A stretch of DNA of 61,113 nt from Candidatus Kapaibacterium sp. (GCA_026996895.1 JALWJX010000037.1:1-61113); one strand, 5' to 3'; shown: positions 19,546 through 29,763, numbered from the stretch's first letter. Notes: generated by a model not told the origin, from the sequence alone. Program-made: numbers and translations.

Positions 19546-20827
19546 CACAATGGCACGTGATCGAAGCAAAGAACAACTGGCTGGCAAGCCGTTAAGACCC
19601 GAAAGTTTGATGATGAGCTATGGCTACAAGCCGGAACTTTCCGAGGGAGCCTTAAAGTGTCCGATATTCCAGACCTCAACGTTCGTGTTCCAAACGGCTG
19701 AAGAAGGACAGGCATTCTTCGAACTTGCGTATGGACTCCGGGAGCAATCGGAAGGAGAAGAGCTGGGGCTTATTTACAGCCGTTTGAATAATCCCGACCT
19801 GGAAATCTTAGAAGACCGCCTCACACTCTGGGACGATGCGGATGACGCAGCGGTTTTTGAAAGCGGCATGGCTGCAATTACAACCACGCTCTTGCAATTT
19901 TTAAACCCCGGCGATGTGCTATTGCATAGCGTTCCTCTCTATGGTGGCACGGAATATTTCATTGCGAACGTTCTTCCCCGCTTTGGCATTCATCCTATCA
20001 GCTTCTACCCTACCGACCCAGAGCAATCGCTGGAAAAAGCTCTGGAAGATCCGCGAATCCCCGATCATCTGCGAATGATCTACATTGAAACGCCTGCGAA
20101 TCCTACCAACGTATTGGTGGACATCGAGCAGTGTGCCACTATTGCGCAGCAGTTTTCAACCGAGGAACGCCCGGTTTTGCTGGTTGTCGACAATACTTTT
20201 TTAGGTCCCCTGTGGCAGCGTCCTCTTAAACACGGGGCAGATCTGGTTGTCTACTCCGCTACCAAATTCTTAGGCGGACATAGTGATCTCATTGCCGGGG
20301 TTGTGCTGGGCAAAGCAGAGCTTATGCAACAGGTCAAGCAATTCCGAACATTTGTCGGCAATATGGCATCACCCTGGACTGGCTGGCTGCTGATGCGCAG
20401 TCTGGAAACGTTGAAACTCCGAATGACGTCGCAAATGAAAAATGCCCGATATGTCGCTGATTTTCTGGCTGACCACCCAAAAGTTGAAAAAGTCTTTTAC
20501 CTGGGTCACCTTAGCGAAGAAGATCCGCAATATGCGATCTATCGCAAGCAGTGTCTGGCACCCGGCTCGATGATTTCATTCAACATCCGTGGAGGCAAAA
20601 AAGAAGCCTTCCGCTTTCTGAACCATCTCAAACTCATCAAGTTAGCTGTCAGCCTGGGCAGCACGGAATCCTTAGCAGAGCACCCTGCAACAATGACTCA
20701 TTCTGATGTGCCACCAGAAGAACAGCGCCGAATGGGCATTTCGGAAAAGATGATCCGCCTTTCCATTGGCGTCGAACATCCCGAAGACCTCATCGCAGAT
20801 CTTGAACAGGCATTACAGGCAGTGTGA
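19535..20827 (+). CDS. Cys/Met-metabolism PLP-dependent enzyme (cystathionine gamma-synthase / methionine gamma-lyase / OAH sulfhydrylase family)
   Basis: 430 aa. YSRLNNPDLEILEDRL, and SATKFLGGHSDLIAG containing the PLP lysine. Overlaps the upstream kinase gene by 11 nt. Confidence 0.85.
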   Translation: MQDNTMARDRSKEQLAGKPLRPESLMMSYGYKPELSEGALKCPIFQTSTFVFQTAEEGQAFFELAYGLREQSEGEELGLIYSRLNNPDLEILEDRLTLWDDADDAAVFESGMAAITTTLLQFLNPGDVLLHSVPLYGGTEYFIANVLPRFGIHPISFYPTDPEQSLEKALEDPRIPDHLRMIYIETPANPTNVLVDIEQCATIAQQFSTEERPVLLVVDNTFLGPLWQRPLKHGADLVVYSATKFLGGHSDLIAGVVLGKAELMQQVKQFRTFVGNMASPWTGWLLMRSLETLKLRMTSQMKNARYVADFLADHPKVEKVFYLGHLSEEDPQYAIYRKQCLAPGSMISFNIRGGKKEAFRFLNHLKLIKLAVSLGSTESLAEHPATMTHSDVPPEEQRRMGISEKMIRLSIGVEHPEDLIADLEQALQAV

Positions 20828-20998
20828 GTTTCACTGCTTTTCCGAACAAAAGCACTGGTCTAAAAAACAGCTTCCATTGCTGACAAGGGAAGGAAATACC
20901 TCCTATCGTCGCTGGGACAATCTTTTCTGGACGCACTTCTGGCACACTGGCAAACAGAAACCGGAGCTACCGCCACAGCGGCAGCGCCGGCAGTACAC

Positions 20999-22057
20999 TT
21001 ACGCGATGGTTACCTCCGGGCAAAGATAGACGTCCTGGATTGCATTGAGCAGCTTGATTCCCTCTTCCATTGGGCGTTGAAACGCTTTCCGCCCGGAAAT
21101 CAACCCCATTCCCCCGGCGCGTTTGTTAATCACCGCCGTTGTTACTGCTTCCTGAAAGTCATTTTTGCCCGAAGGACCACCGCTATTGATCAATCCAACT
21201 TTGCCCATATAAGCGTTGGCAACCTGATAGCGGCAAAGATCGATGGGATGATCGGACGTCAGCTTTTCGTAGACCAATTTCGAGGTTTTGCCAAATTTCA
21301 ACGCGACAAATCCACCATTGCGTTCCGGCAGCTTTTGCTTAATGATATCTGCTTGAATCGTAGCCCCTAAATAATTCGCCTGTCCGGTCAAATCGGCTGC
21401 CGTATGAAAATCTCCTTCCTCTGTTTTAAAAGCAGAATTGCGCAAATAGCACCACAAAATAGTGACCATTCCCAGCTCGTGTGCATACGCAAATGCTTCC
21501 GAAATTTCCTTGATCTGGCGGCGACTTTCCTTCGACCCAAAGTAAATCGTCGCTCCAATCGCAGCCGCTCCCATATCCCACGCCTGTTTGACTGTGCCAA
21601 ACAGTGTCTGGTCGTAGAAATTCGGATAGGACAATAGCTCGTTGTGGTTGATCTTGACAATGAACGGAATCTTATGAGCATACTTTCGCGCCACGCTGCC
21701 CAAAACCCCGAACGTCGAAGCAACCGCATTACATCCTCCTTCGATGGCTAATTTCACAATGTTTTCCGGATCGAAATAAGCGGGTTCTGGCGCAAAGCTG
21801 GCTCCCGCCGAATGTTCCACTCCCTGATCAACCGGCAGGATAGAAAGATAACCGGTTCCTGCCAGACGCCCTGTATTGAAAATTCGGTGCAAATTCTGCA
21901 ACACTCGGTTATTGCGATCAGAATTCAGCCACTCACGGTCAACAAAATCAGGTCCCGGCAAATGGAGCATTTCTTTCGGAATTGTCTTGCATTCGTGCTG
22001 AAGCAAATCCTCGGCTCGGTCACCTAAATACGTCACAATCTGATCGATCAACGCCAT
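20999..22057 (-). CDS. fbaB: Class I fructose-bisphosphate aldolase (FbaB/DhnA type)
   Basis: Long blocks match E. coli FbaB as remembered: [90 protein letters not shown]. Start set to ATG 22057 (MALIDQIV..., GAGGG upstream) rather than 22084, because the promoter box lies at 22099. Confidence 0.93.
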   Translation of the reverse strand: MALIDQIVTYLGDRAEDLLQHECKTIPKEMLHLPGPDFVDREWLNSDRNNRVLQNLHRIFNTGRLAGTGYLSILPVDQGVEHSAGASFAPEPAYFDPENIVKLAIEGGCNAVASTFGVLGSVARKYAHKIPFIVKINHNELLSYPNFYDQTLFGTVKQAWDMGAAAIGATIYFGSKESRRQIKEISEAFAYAHELGMVTILWCYLRNSAFKTEEGDFHTAADLTGQANYLGATIQADIIKQKLPERNGGFVALKFGKTSKLVYEKLTSDHPIDLCRYQVANAYMGKVGLINSGGPSGKNDFQEAVTTAVINKRAGGMGLISGRKAFQRPMEEGIKLLNAIQDVYLCPEVTIA

Positions 22058-22098
22058 TTCCCTCACGCCTCGGTCGTTCAACATCGGTCTTCAAAATA

Positions 22099-22106
22099 CA
22101 AAAATA
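22099..22106 (-). promoter_or_regulatory. FCB-type -7 box (TATTTTTG on the minus strand) upstream of fbaB, next to the near-palindrome AGCAAA-T-TTTGCT
   Basis: The plus strand reads caaaaata at 22099-22106. The 6-bp-arm palindrome lies immediately upstream at about 22108-22120. Confidence 0.35.
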
Positions 22107-22213
22107 CAGCAAATTTTGCTTGCAAGTGATCTCCACCCAACCGTGCTTCGCCCTGGCTGAACAGACCTGCTGTGAAAGCAACTCTCCTCTGCGCCCGACT
22201 CCGCATAATATGA

Positions 22214-24196
22214 TCAGGGTGAAGGAAGAATCAGCAACGCTCCCCGCTGCAATTGTGGCAGAACAATAGCAGTATCGATCCGCTTTCCGTGGAACTCCAG
22301 GCGATTATGAGCAATAGCATACTGAACCACAGAATCGCAGCGCCACACCGAATCCCGCACCCTGTGCAGCGGAATACGCCAGGAATCAATGGAATCCACC
22401 GCTTGCCAGAAAACCCCGGAAGGAAAAACAAACGTTGGCACCAAGACTGTATCCACGGATGCAACAGGCACAAAGCGCAGATGTGCCATTGCGATTGGAC
22501 CACCCGCATAAACCGTTGTGGAATCTGAAAGAAGCGACAGATAACGCGCCAGTCCGAGATCCAGGTGGAATGGCTGCAAGGGTCGCCGATCCTGCAGCAA
22601 GAGCCACCGCTGCTGGCTATTATGGGCGACGATCACCTGGTCCCTGGCGGCAATGATCGTTACAGCCGGTACCCTCAAGGAAAGAGCAAGCAGGATCCCC
22701 ATTGCTATCAATGCCCCTGCCAGGGTTCGGAACGAAGGGAAGAGCAGCAATAACGTAAAGGCGAGCACTGTGCCAACAGCAATTTGAAAGGCAGTATCAC
22801 CTTCAACCGTCACCGGCAACTGGCTGATTCCTGCCAAAAGCGAATGGGCAAGAGAAAGGAGCATCGACGCAGTGGCACTATAGAGCTGCGCAAGGCTGAG
22901 AGAAAGAACAGACATCCCCAGGGCACAGAGAGCAAAAATGATAACAAGGGACAAAAGCGGGAGCGTAAACACATTAGCAATCGGCGCAATCCACGAAAAT
23001 TGGTGAAAATAGTATGCAACTACTGGAGCAGTAGCAAAGGATGCTGCCAGCGACACTGCCAGTGGGACTGCTACCCTGCGTCCAGAAGCTGGAACCCAAT
23101 GCCATTGGCGAAACCGGTCTAAAAACACCGGATACAGCAGGGCAATGCCAAAGACAGCCGCAAAAGAAAGCTGGAAACTCACACGGAGCAACTCAGCAGG
23201 CTCTACGAACGCAATCACAATAGCGGTAAATGCTACCACATTGAGCAAGGACGCCGGGCGCTCCAGATACAGCAGCCACACAAACAAACTGGCCATCAGC
23301 GATGCTCGCACCGTTGATGGCTGCGCTCCGGTAACGGCAGTAAATATTCCCAGCGCAACAGTGAAAAGAATTGGAAACCACCAGGAACCTCGCAGGAAGC
23401 CGAGCAACGTAAAGAGGACGATGGCAATAATGCCAACGTGAAAACCACTGACAGCAAAAACATGGGCTACCCCGGTGGTCTGGTACAGCCGCCGCTGCGC
23501 ATAGGGCAGCCACGACTTATCACCAGTGAGCAGTGCCACTACTACCGGGGCAGTGGCGGTGTCAAAGAGCCGAAATATCTGTTGCTGTATCGCCCGACGC
23601 CACTGCCACACAATCGGCTGCTGCTCAGCCACAGCAGAAACCCGGTTTCCCTCCGCCTCCGCATACCAGTGGAAACGATAGGCACGGGCATAGTGAATCT
23701 CATCAAAATCGGTAAAGAGCTGGGGTGGTCGGGGCGGGCGGAAGAATCCCGATCCGTATAGCTTTGCACCCGGTGCAATGGTGCCAGTAATCGAGTCAAC
23801 TTTCCAGATGGTCACCAATACACCGCCGGAAACCGGTTTGCCCCCTTGTGGGAATAGCTGTCCATCAACGATGCATCGAAGCTGCTGCGCATTGGCTCTG
23901 AGGATTGTCCGAACAGTCCCTTTTATCGTTGCTGGCACTGATGGATACCATCCAGTCATTGGCGACACAGGTGGTAACTGTAAAGCGACAGCACAACCGC
24001 AGCTCAGCGCACTACACCAGAAAGCGAGACTATAATAACGTCGCCAGAAGCTCAACACAGCACTAACAGCGCCAATTCCGAGAAAGATCCAGGTCCATAG
24101 TGGGGGAATAAATCCAGCAACAATGAAACCAACAAGAAACCCCAGCAAAAAACGAAACGCTGGAAGACTACCGGGCCGTATCCGGCGACGTTGCAT
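22214..24196 (-). CDS. comEC: ComEC/Rec2-family DNA internalisation channel protein without a recognisable metallo-beta-lactamase domain
   Basis: 660 aa polytopic protein. Competence-domain-like core (TGVAHVFAVSGFHVGIIA). No HxHxDH motif in the C-terminal 200 aa. Confidence 0.75.
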   Translation of the reverse strand: MQRRRIRPGSLPAFRFLLGFLVGFIVAGFIPPLWTWIFLGIGAVSAVLSFWRRYYSLAFWCSALSCGCAVALQLPPVSPMTGWYPSVPATIKGTVRTILRANAQQLRCIVDGQLFPQGGKPVSGGVLVTIWKVDSITGTIAPGAKLYGSGFFRPPRPPQLFTDFDEIHYARAYRFHWYAEAEGNRVSAVAEQQPIVWQWRRAIQQQIFRLFDTATAPVVVALLTGDKSWLPYAQRRLYQTTGVAHVFAVSGFHVGIIAIVLFTLLGFLRGSWWFPILFTVALGIFTAVTGAQPSTVRASLMASLFVWLLYLERPASLLNVVAFTAIVIAFVEPAELLRVSFQLSFAAVFGIALLYPVFLDRFRQWHWVPASGRRVAVPLAVSLAASFATAPVVAYYFHQFSWIAPIANVFTLPLLSLVIIFALCALGMSVLSLSLAQLYSATASMLLSLAHSLLAGISQLPVTVEGDTAFQIAVGTVLAFTLLLLFPSFRTLAGALIAMGILLALSLRVPAVTIIAARDQVIVAHNSQQRWLLLQDRRPLQPFHLDLGLARYLSLLSDSTTVYAGGPIAMAHLRFVPVASVDTVLVPTFVFPSGVFWQAVDSIDSWRIPLHRVRDSVWRCDSVVQYAIAHNRLEFHGKRIDTAIVLPQLQRGALLILPSP

Positions 24197-27100
24197 TGCC
24201 GCGAACGTTCAACTGTGGTGACTCTTCAGCAACTGAAAGCATCGCTTCGTAATGATCCGTCGATCCAGTTACGAAGGTCCATTGATCTGGACTCAGATAA
24301 TGGGCAAGCTGTTGGGTTAATTGCTCCCTAATATACTCTGGATCTTCCAATCCTGCTGGCAAGTAGAGTGTCAGGTGGAGCGAACGATAAAACTGCAAAA
24401 TTTCCACCAATCGAGTATTCTGCATAGGATTGCGAAACTCGGTAATTTGTGGCTCTGCGCTGGTATAGTAATCCGGGATCCAGCGCAAAATCACGTTATA
24501 AATTGGCACCTGTAACGATTGAGCAATCAGGGATTTCACCAATGCTGCCGTTTCTTCCGATAGTGGCTGATGCCGCAAGTACACAACTTCCAGGACTGTC
24601 TGCCGCGTTGCCGGAATAAATCGAGGACCGATTTCCAGAATCTGAATTCCTGAAGCCGTTGGAATAGCTGCCACAGCTGCCTCTAAATCACTGAGCAGGT
24701 AATTTAACCGCTCAGGGAAGCTCTCCAATTTTGATTCGCCAAGCGGTAATGTTTCCGGTGCTGCTCCGATGCTGCCCGGACTCTGAATCAAATGCAGCTC
24801 TACAGGCATACCCAACGTCGTCTCGACGGTTCGCTCAAATTCTGCAATTTCCTTCTGAGTAAAAAACTGCGAGGTAGCAATCCGAATGCGGGCAATCACT
24901 CTGCCCCCCTGAAGCTCATACTCCACTGCCAGCACGCTGGAACGCTCAGGCTGCTCAAAAAACGAATTCGCCGTTTCATTTAGCACCTGCGATACTCTGT
25001 AGCGGAGCGTAATTTCATCAACGGTTCGCTGCAACGGAATCATTAAAATCAGTGCAATCATCATCAGCACAAAGAGTCGAGCACGCACCGTTCCTGTCGC
25101 TCCCAGCAACCGGGCAATTCGCGATTCCACAAACAACTTTCGAAGCCAGCGACTGCCCAGCTCTTCCTGCTTCCACTCGGCGATATATTCAGAAGCAACG
25201 TGATGCGTTACGCCCAGAAGCAGCAGGATCAAAGAAGATCCCAGCAGAAGCCCGGTAAGATTGGTTGTAAAAAAGAGAAAGCTACCGGTAATGGCACGCA
25301 GTAATTGTGACATCTCGCCGGCTGACCCCAGACTGAAGCCCAGGGTAATGATAGGCACAAAAACCAGGTATGCGGTAAGCGGAGCGATCAACATCTGCTC
25401 AGTCGATCGCCCACGCAAAATGACCAGCGCAAGAAACACTCCTGCCGCCAATGCCAGCGCAAAGTCCAGCAAGGTAGGATTAATCACCTGATTCAAGAGC
25501 CCAGGCACTCCAATAAAAGGCAGCACCAGACTTACCACCAGACTTAGAAAGAATGCCAGCAAAATTGTAGCGATAAACTTCGTCAACGATTTCAAGAACA
25601 GGTAGACATCTCCCGTCGTCAGCGAGAAGCTCAATGTGTTCATCAACGGAGCGATAGGGGAGAAGAACAACCCAATGGTGACAACAATGGAAGAATCGAG
25701 CATTAAGCCCAGTGTAACGGTCAACGTGGTCGCCAACACCTGAAACCAGAACAGTGTATCGCGAAAGCGCACTGATTGGATCGCAATATAGTCCAGCTCC
25801 TTAAACCGAAACCAACTGATTCCAAACCACTGCATCAAAAGCTCAGCAAGCGTTGTGGGATGTGCTTTTTCCTGCTGCTCCAGAGCTGGGAAAATGCTGG
25901 ATTCTTCCCGAGCTTCGGTAGGTGTTTGGGGCGTTTCAACAGTTTCACGTGTTTTCCCGGATTGTGGCGTTTCAGCAGCAGTCGGTGACGGCTCGGCAGT
26001 ATCAGTATCAACTGGCTGGGGAGATTCTGCTGATTCAGCAGGAAAACGCAACTCAATAAATGCCACCAACCCGCTCATAATAAAGCTGGTGAGCACGATC
26101 GTACCAAGAGCATAGAGGATAAAATTTTCCGTCCCGGCAATCCCCAGGGAAATGGGAATAAATGCCATCACCGCCGTTGCCAATCCCCGCGGAACCATTG
26201 CAACTGTGAGCCACCGTTCTCGGGGACTGAAGTGAGGACGGAGTTTAAACAAAAACTGAGCTCCCAGAAACCGTCCCAGCAGCAGGAGTACGGTCAGTCC
26301 GATAATCACCAGCACAGCTTCCAGAGAGAAACGTTTAAAGTCGATCAATAGCCCCAGGAACACAAAAAAGAATGTCCGAACCAGAAAGGAAATTTCCACC
26401 GTAATATTGTGCACAAACTGATCCAGAGCGTACTTGGTTGCATCGATTTTCACTCCCAGCAGGCGTCGAATTTTCCCACTGACCTGGCGCACGATTCCCT
26501 CAACATTCGCCAGAATAACGCCAAAGAACAAGATTCCGACAGCGCCATTGCCGCCGCTATGTTCAAATGCAACGTAGAGCAAGAAAAGAAATCCCAGCGT
26601 CAACATATAGGACACCGCCTCTCCCCGAAGGGTTGAAATAAATCGCGCCCATAGCACGCCAGCAAAGCCAGCAATCAGAATGGCGATCAGGAAAGAACCC
26701 ACAACGCTTTGCACAATATTCCAGAAACTGGCAGCCTGCGCCTGATGAATCTGAATTGTGAGCAAAACAGAGACGATAATCAGTGCATCCGCCAAAGCCG
26801 GTTCAATACTGAGCATCGTCCGCAAATTGCTGGAAATACGCAACTGGGATACTACCGGCAGGATAATTGCCGGACTGGTTCCCCCCAGCATTCCTGCTAA
26901 AATCAAGGCAGCAACCAGTGGAAACTCTAAAACAAAAAAAGCGAAAAGAAAAACCAGGATGTAAGAACACACAAAAGTCGCGACCGTCAGCAGCAAAGTC
27001 GCTCCGGCTTCTTCAATCACTTTGTGAATCTCTAAATCCAATCCTCCCTCAAACAAAATGATCAACAATGCCAGCGTACCAAAATAGGGGGCAATGTCCA

Positions 27101-27263
27101 GTAGCGGTTCCGTTGGCACAATCTGGAAGATGGGTCCCAACAACAACCCCAGTCCAATCAACAAAAAGACTGAAGGGATCTTAAACAGTCGGAACACCAG
27201 ATTCCCGATAAAACCCGCAATAATAATGCCACCAAGGAGAAGCAGAAACTGATCAATGTTCAT
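24168..27263 (-). CDS. Fusion protein: cation/proton antiporter (Na_H_Exchanger) + Pro/Thr/Glu linker + DUF389 hydrophobic domain + unknown ~300-aa C-terminal domain
   Basis: 1031 aa. The N-terminal ~400 aa are CPA-like TM helices. The linker is AESAESPQPVDTDTAEPSPTAAETPQSGKTRETVETPQTPTEAREE. The DUF389-like core is FFSPIAPLMNTLSFSLTTGDVYLFLKSL. The C-terminal soluble part is unrecognised. Confidence 0.7.
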   Translation of the reverse strand: MNIDQFLLLLGGIIIAGFIGNLVFRLFKIPSVFLLIGLGLLLGPIFQIVPTEPLLDIAPYFGTLALLIILFEGGLDLEIHKVIEEAGATLLLTVATFVCSYILVFLFAFFVLEFPLVAALILAGMLGGTSPAIILPVVSQLRISSNLRTMLSIEPALADALIIVSVLLTIQIHQAQAASFWNIVQSVVGSFLIAILIAGFAGVLWARFISTLRGEAVSYMLTLGFLFLLYVAFEHSGGNGAVGILFFGVILANVEGIVRQVSGKIRRLLGVKIDATKYALDQFVHNITVEISFLVRTFFFVFLGLLIDFKRFSLEAVLVIIGLTVLLLLGRFLGAQFLFKLRPHFSPRERWLTVAMVPRGLATAVMAFIPISLGIAGTENFILYALGTIVLTSFIMSGLVAFIELRFPAESAESPQPVDTDTAEPSPTAAETPQSGKTRETVETPQTPTEAREESSIFPALEQQEKAHPTTLAELLMQWFGISWFRFKELDYIAIQSVRFRDTLFWFQVLATTLTVTLGLMLDSSIVVTIGLFFSPIAPLMNTLSFSLTTGDVYLFLKSLTKFIATILLAFFLSLVVSLVLPFIGVPGLLNQVINPTLLDFALALAAGVFLALVILRGRSTEQMLIAPLTAYLVFVPIITLGFSLGSAGEMSQLLRAITGSFLFFTTNLTGLLLGSSLILLLLGVTHHVASEYIAEWKQEELGSRWLRKLFVESRIARLLGATGTVRARLFVLMMIALILMIPLQRTVDEITLRYRVSQVLNETANSFFEQPERSSVLAVEYELQGGRVIARIRIATSQFFTQKEIAEFERTVETTLGMPVELHLIQSPGSIGAAPETLPLGESKLESFPERLNYLLSDLEAAVAAIPTASGIQILEIGPRFIPATRQTVLEVVYLRHQPLSEETAALVKSLIAQSLQVPIYNVILRWIPDYYTSAEPQITEFRNPMQNTRLVEILQFYRSLHLTLYLPAGLEDPEYIREQLTQQLAHYLSPDQWTFVTGSTDHYEAMLSVAEESPQLNVRGNATSPDTAR

Positions 27264-27422
27264 CGCTCACCGTACTGACTCTTGCAAATTCCAGATGGCA
27301 ATATAACAATTTCTCAAGGATTGAGGGTGAAAACGCCGCATGCCCTTCGCTCCCCGCGTTGTGATACGCTTGCCGGTATGATACCCGCTATTTAACCCAA
27401 CTTTTGTAATTTAGCAAAGGTT

Positions 27423-27438
27423 TGGCATTAAAATTGCA
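27423..27438 (+). promoter_or_regulatory. Sigma-54-type -24/-12 element (TGGCAT-N5-TTGCA)
   Basis: tTGGCATtaaaaTTGCAg. GG at 27424-25 and GC at 27436-37 have the canonical spacing. It lies 9 nt upstream of ATG 27447, the first gene of the DUF3109-rpoN operon. The predicted +1 (~27449) essentially coincides with the start codon, so function is uncertain. Confidence 0.35.
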
Positions 27439-27446
27439 GCAATTGA

Positions 27447-28022
27447 ATGTTTATCATCGAAAACATTCTGGTAGATGACCGGGTCACAACGGCACACTTC
27501 CAATGTGATCTCGCTCGATGCAAGGGCGCCTGTTGCACTTTTGCCGGTGGCAGCGGTGCTCCATTAGAACCAGAGGAAGTTGCAGCAATCGAGGCAGTGA
27601 TCCCTACGGTATGGGATCAATTGTCCAGCGCTGCCCAAAGAGAAATTCGACAGTATGGCGCTATAGACTGGGAGGATCATACGCCTGTTATTCGATGTGT
27701 TGATGGGCAAGCGTGCGTGTTTGCCGTAGAAGAACAGGGCATTGCATACTGTGCCATTGAAAAAGCTTATCACGCGAGCAAAACAACTCTTCGCAAACCT
27801 ATTTCCTGCCATCTATTCCCTATTCGTGAAATCCGGCGCGGCACCCTGACAATTCTCCTCAGCGAATACATCCCGGAATGTCAGCCAGGATGGGAGCGCG
27901 GACGTCAGCATCAAACCCTGCTGACAGAAACAGTGCGAGATGCTTTAATCCGCCGATTTGGACCTCAATGGTATGCTGCTCTGCAAGAGCTTCAACAACA
28001 AATAACAACAGTACAACAGTGA
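27447..28022 (+). CDS. DUF3109-family Cys-rich protein
   Basis: N-terminus MFIIENILVDDRVTTAHFQCDLARCKGACC matches the remembered DUF3109 pattern (CDL..C.G.CC). 191 aa. Confidence 0.75.
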   Translation: MFIIENILVDDRVTTAHFQCDLARCKGACCTFAGGSGAPLEPEEVAAIEAVIPTVWDQLSSAAQREIRQYGAIDWEDHTPVIRCVDGQACVFAVEEQGIAYCAIEKAYHASKTTLRKPISCHLFPIREIRRGTLTILLSEYIPECQPGWERGRQHQTLLTETVRDALIRRFGPQWYAALQELQQQITTVQQ

Positions 28023-28032
28023 CAATAAAAGA

Positions 28033-29763
28033 ATGGCACTCAAAGCTACAACGACAATATCGCAAAAACCTGAAACGAAGATAACGACCAAACCAAAGCT
28101 TCAGCCATTTCTTGTCGTATTTCTCAGTGTACTCCAGAAGCCGATTCACACTTTGCAACAGTATGTTGAAGAAGTAGTAGAAACCAATCCGTTCATCATC
28201 ACATCTACAGAAATTGAAGACTATCAATCGCCGGAAGAAGCTGAAATGAGCGTTGACGAAGATTTCATAGAATTTGAAGATTTTCCCGAAGATAGTGGAA
28301 TGCCGGAAGAAACAAATTCCTTAGAAGAACCAGATCTTCAGGACCAACTCAGCGATCCGGAGATCTGGGGTGACGATGTTGATGAAGAATTCGGAGGAAT
28401 ATCGTACTCTCCTTCTGAGGAAGAAGATGATTGGAAAAGCAACATTGCAACACCGCAAAGCTTCATCGATGGATTGATAGAACAACTTCACCTCCTCCCT
28501 CTTCAGCCAGCAGAACGCATAGCCGGAGAAATTATCCTGGAAAATTTGAACGACTATGGCTTTCTTGACGAAAAACTCTCCATTATTACAGTTGAGGCAA
28601 ACTTAGCTATCTTGCAGGAAAATCTGCACCGCTTGCAACAGCATATAGCGTCGAAAAATTCTGAATGGAAAATTTACCAGCAGGAATTACAACTACTGGC
28701 GCAGCGGTTGGAGTCCATCCGAATAGGAGACAACGAATACCTGCCGATTGAGGGATGGTATCAGCAAATCTTGCAATTGGCTCGTCTGGTAAGTTTTTCT
28801 GATCTGATCCCACTACTTCGGGAAACAGACGTTGAAGGAGTTCGGCAGCAAATTCTCTATCAAATTGATCCACCGGGCGTTGCTGCCACAGGTTTTCAGG
28901 AGAATTTTATCGTCCAGCTAAAGCGCAAGCATCCGCAAACGCCAGCAACGAAAACTGCCATCCAGATCCTGGAACACGCCTATGAAGACTTCCTCCATAA
29001 GCGGTTTGACAAAATCATCGAAACATTAAACATTACTCAGGACGATCTGCGGCTGGCTCTGGAGGAAATTAAGCATCTGGAGCTTTATCCAGGGAGGGGA
29101 CCGGAAACGGCTGAGTCCTCAGTCATTGTCCCTGATTTCATTGTCCAGTGGAACGAGGCGACCCAGGATTTTACAATTCGGCTGGCAAACGATTATCTGC
29201 CAGAAATCCAGTTGAATCCTGCGTACGTGGAGATGCTCAAGCAGGTAGAGCAGGGAGGACGCAAAAAAGAAATTCAGTGGCTGCGGAAGCGATATTATGA
29301 AGCCGATTTCCTCATCAAAGCACTGGAACTTCGCCGCAAGACACTTCTGCGTATTATGATGGTCATCGTCAGGCGACAATATGATTTCTTCCGCACCGGT
29401 GATGTCTATAAGCTCAAAGCGCTGGTTTACAAACACATTGCACAGGAAACTGGTTATGAAATTTCGACGATTTCTCGAGCTGTTGCAGAGAAATATGTTC
29501 AAACCGATTTTGGCATTTACCCATTGCGATTTTTCTTCTCCGAAGGCGTCAAGACTACGGATGGACATATTGTATCGCAGGCAGCCGTTAAAGCAGCGCT
29601 CCAGGAGCTGATTAAAAACGAACCCAGGGATAAGCCGTATTCAGATGAGGTTTTAGCACAAAAATTGAAAGAAAAAGGCTACAACGTAGCTCGACGAACC
29701 GTGGCAAAATACCGGCAACAACTGGGCATCCTTTCTGCACGGGCAAGGCGACAATTGGTATGA
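28033..29763 (+). CDS. rpoN: RNA polymerase sigma-54 factor, with an extended acidic region II
   Basis: 576 aa. RpoN box ARRTVAKYRQQLGI near the C-terminus, and a HTH (ISTISRAVAEKYVQT). The acidic insert is SPEEAEMSVDEDFIEFEDFPEDSGMPEETNSLEEPDLQDQLSDPEIWGDDVDEEF. Confidence 0.93.
   Translation: MALKATTTISQKPETKITTKPKLQPFLVVFLSVLQKPIHTLQQYVEEVVETNPFIITSTEIEDYQSPEEAEMSVDEDFIEFEDFPEDSGMPEETNSLEEPDLQDQLSDPEIWGDDVDEEFGGISYSPSEEEDDWKSNIATPQSFIDGLIEQLHLLPLQPAERIAGEIILENLNDYGFLDEKLSIITVEANLAILQENLHRLQQHIASKNSEWKIYQQELQLLAQRLESIRIGDNEYLPIEGWYQQILQLARLVSFSDLIPLLRETDVEGVRQQILYQIDPPGVAATGFQENFIVQLKRKHPQTPATKTAIQILEHAYEDFLHKRFDKIIETLNITQDDLRLALEEIKHLELYPGRGPETAESSVIVPDFIVQWNEATQDFTIRLANDYLPEIQLNPAYVEMLKQVEQGGRKKEIQWLRKRYYEADFLIKALELRRKTLLRIMMVIVRRQYDFFRTGDVYKLKALVYKHIAQETGYEISTISRAVAEKYVQTDFGIYPLRFFFSEGVKTTDGHIVSQAAVKAALQELIKNEPRDKPYSDEVLAQKLKEKGYNVARRTVAKYRQQLGILSARARRQLV

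Noticed and set aside
20832-20857. Imperfect A/T-rich hairpin (CACTGCTTTT-ccgaac-AAAAGCACTG) 5 nt after the PLP-enzyme stop, considered as a terminator
   Set aside because: It has one mismatch, a weak AU-rich stem and no downstream U-tract on the plus strand. It is not convincing as an intrinsic terminator.
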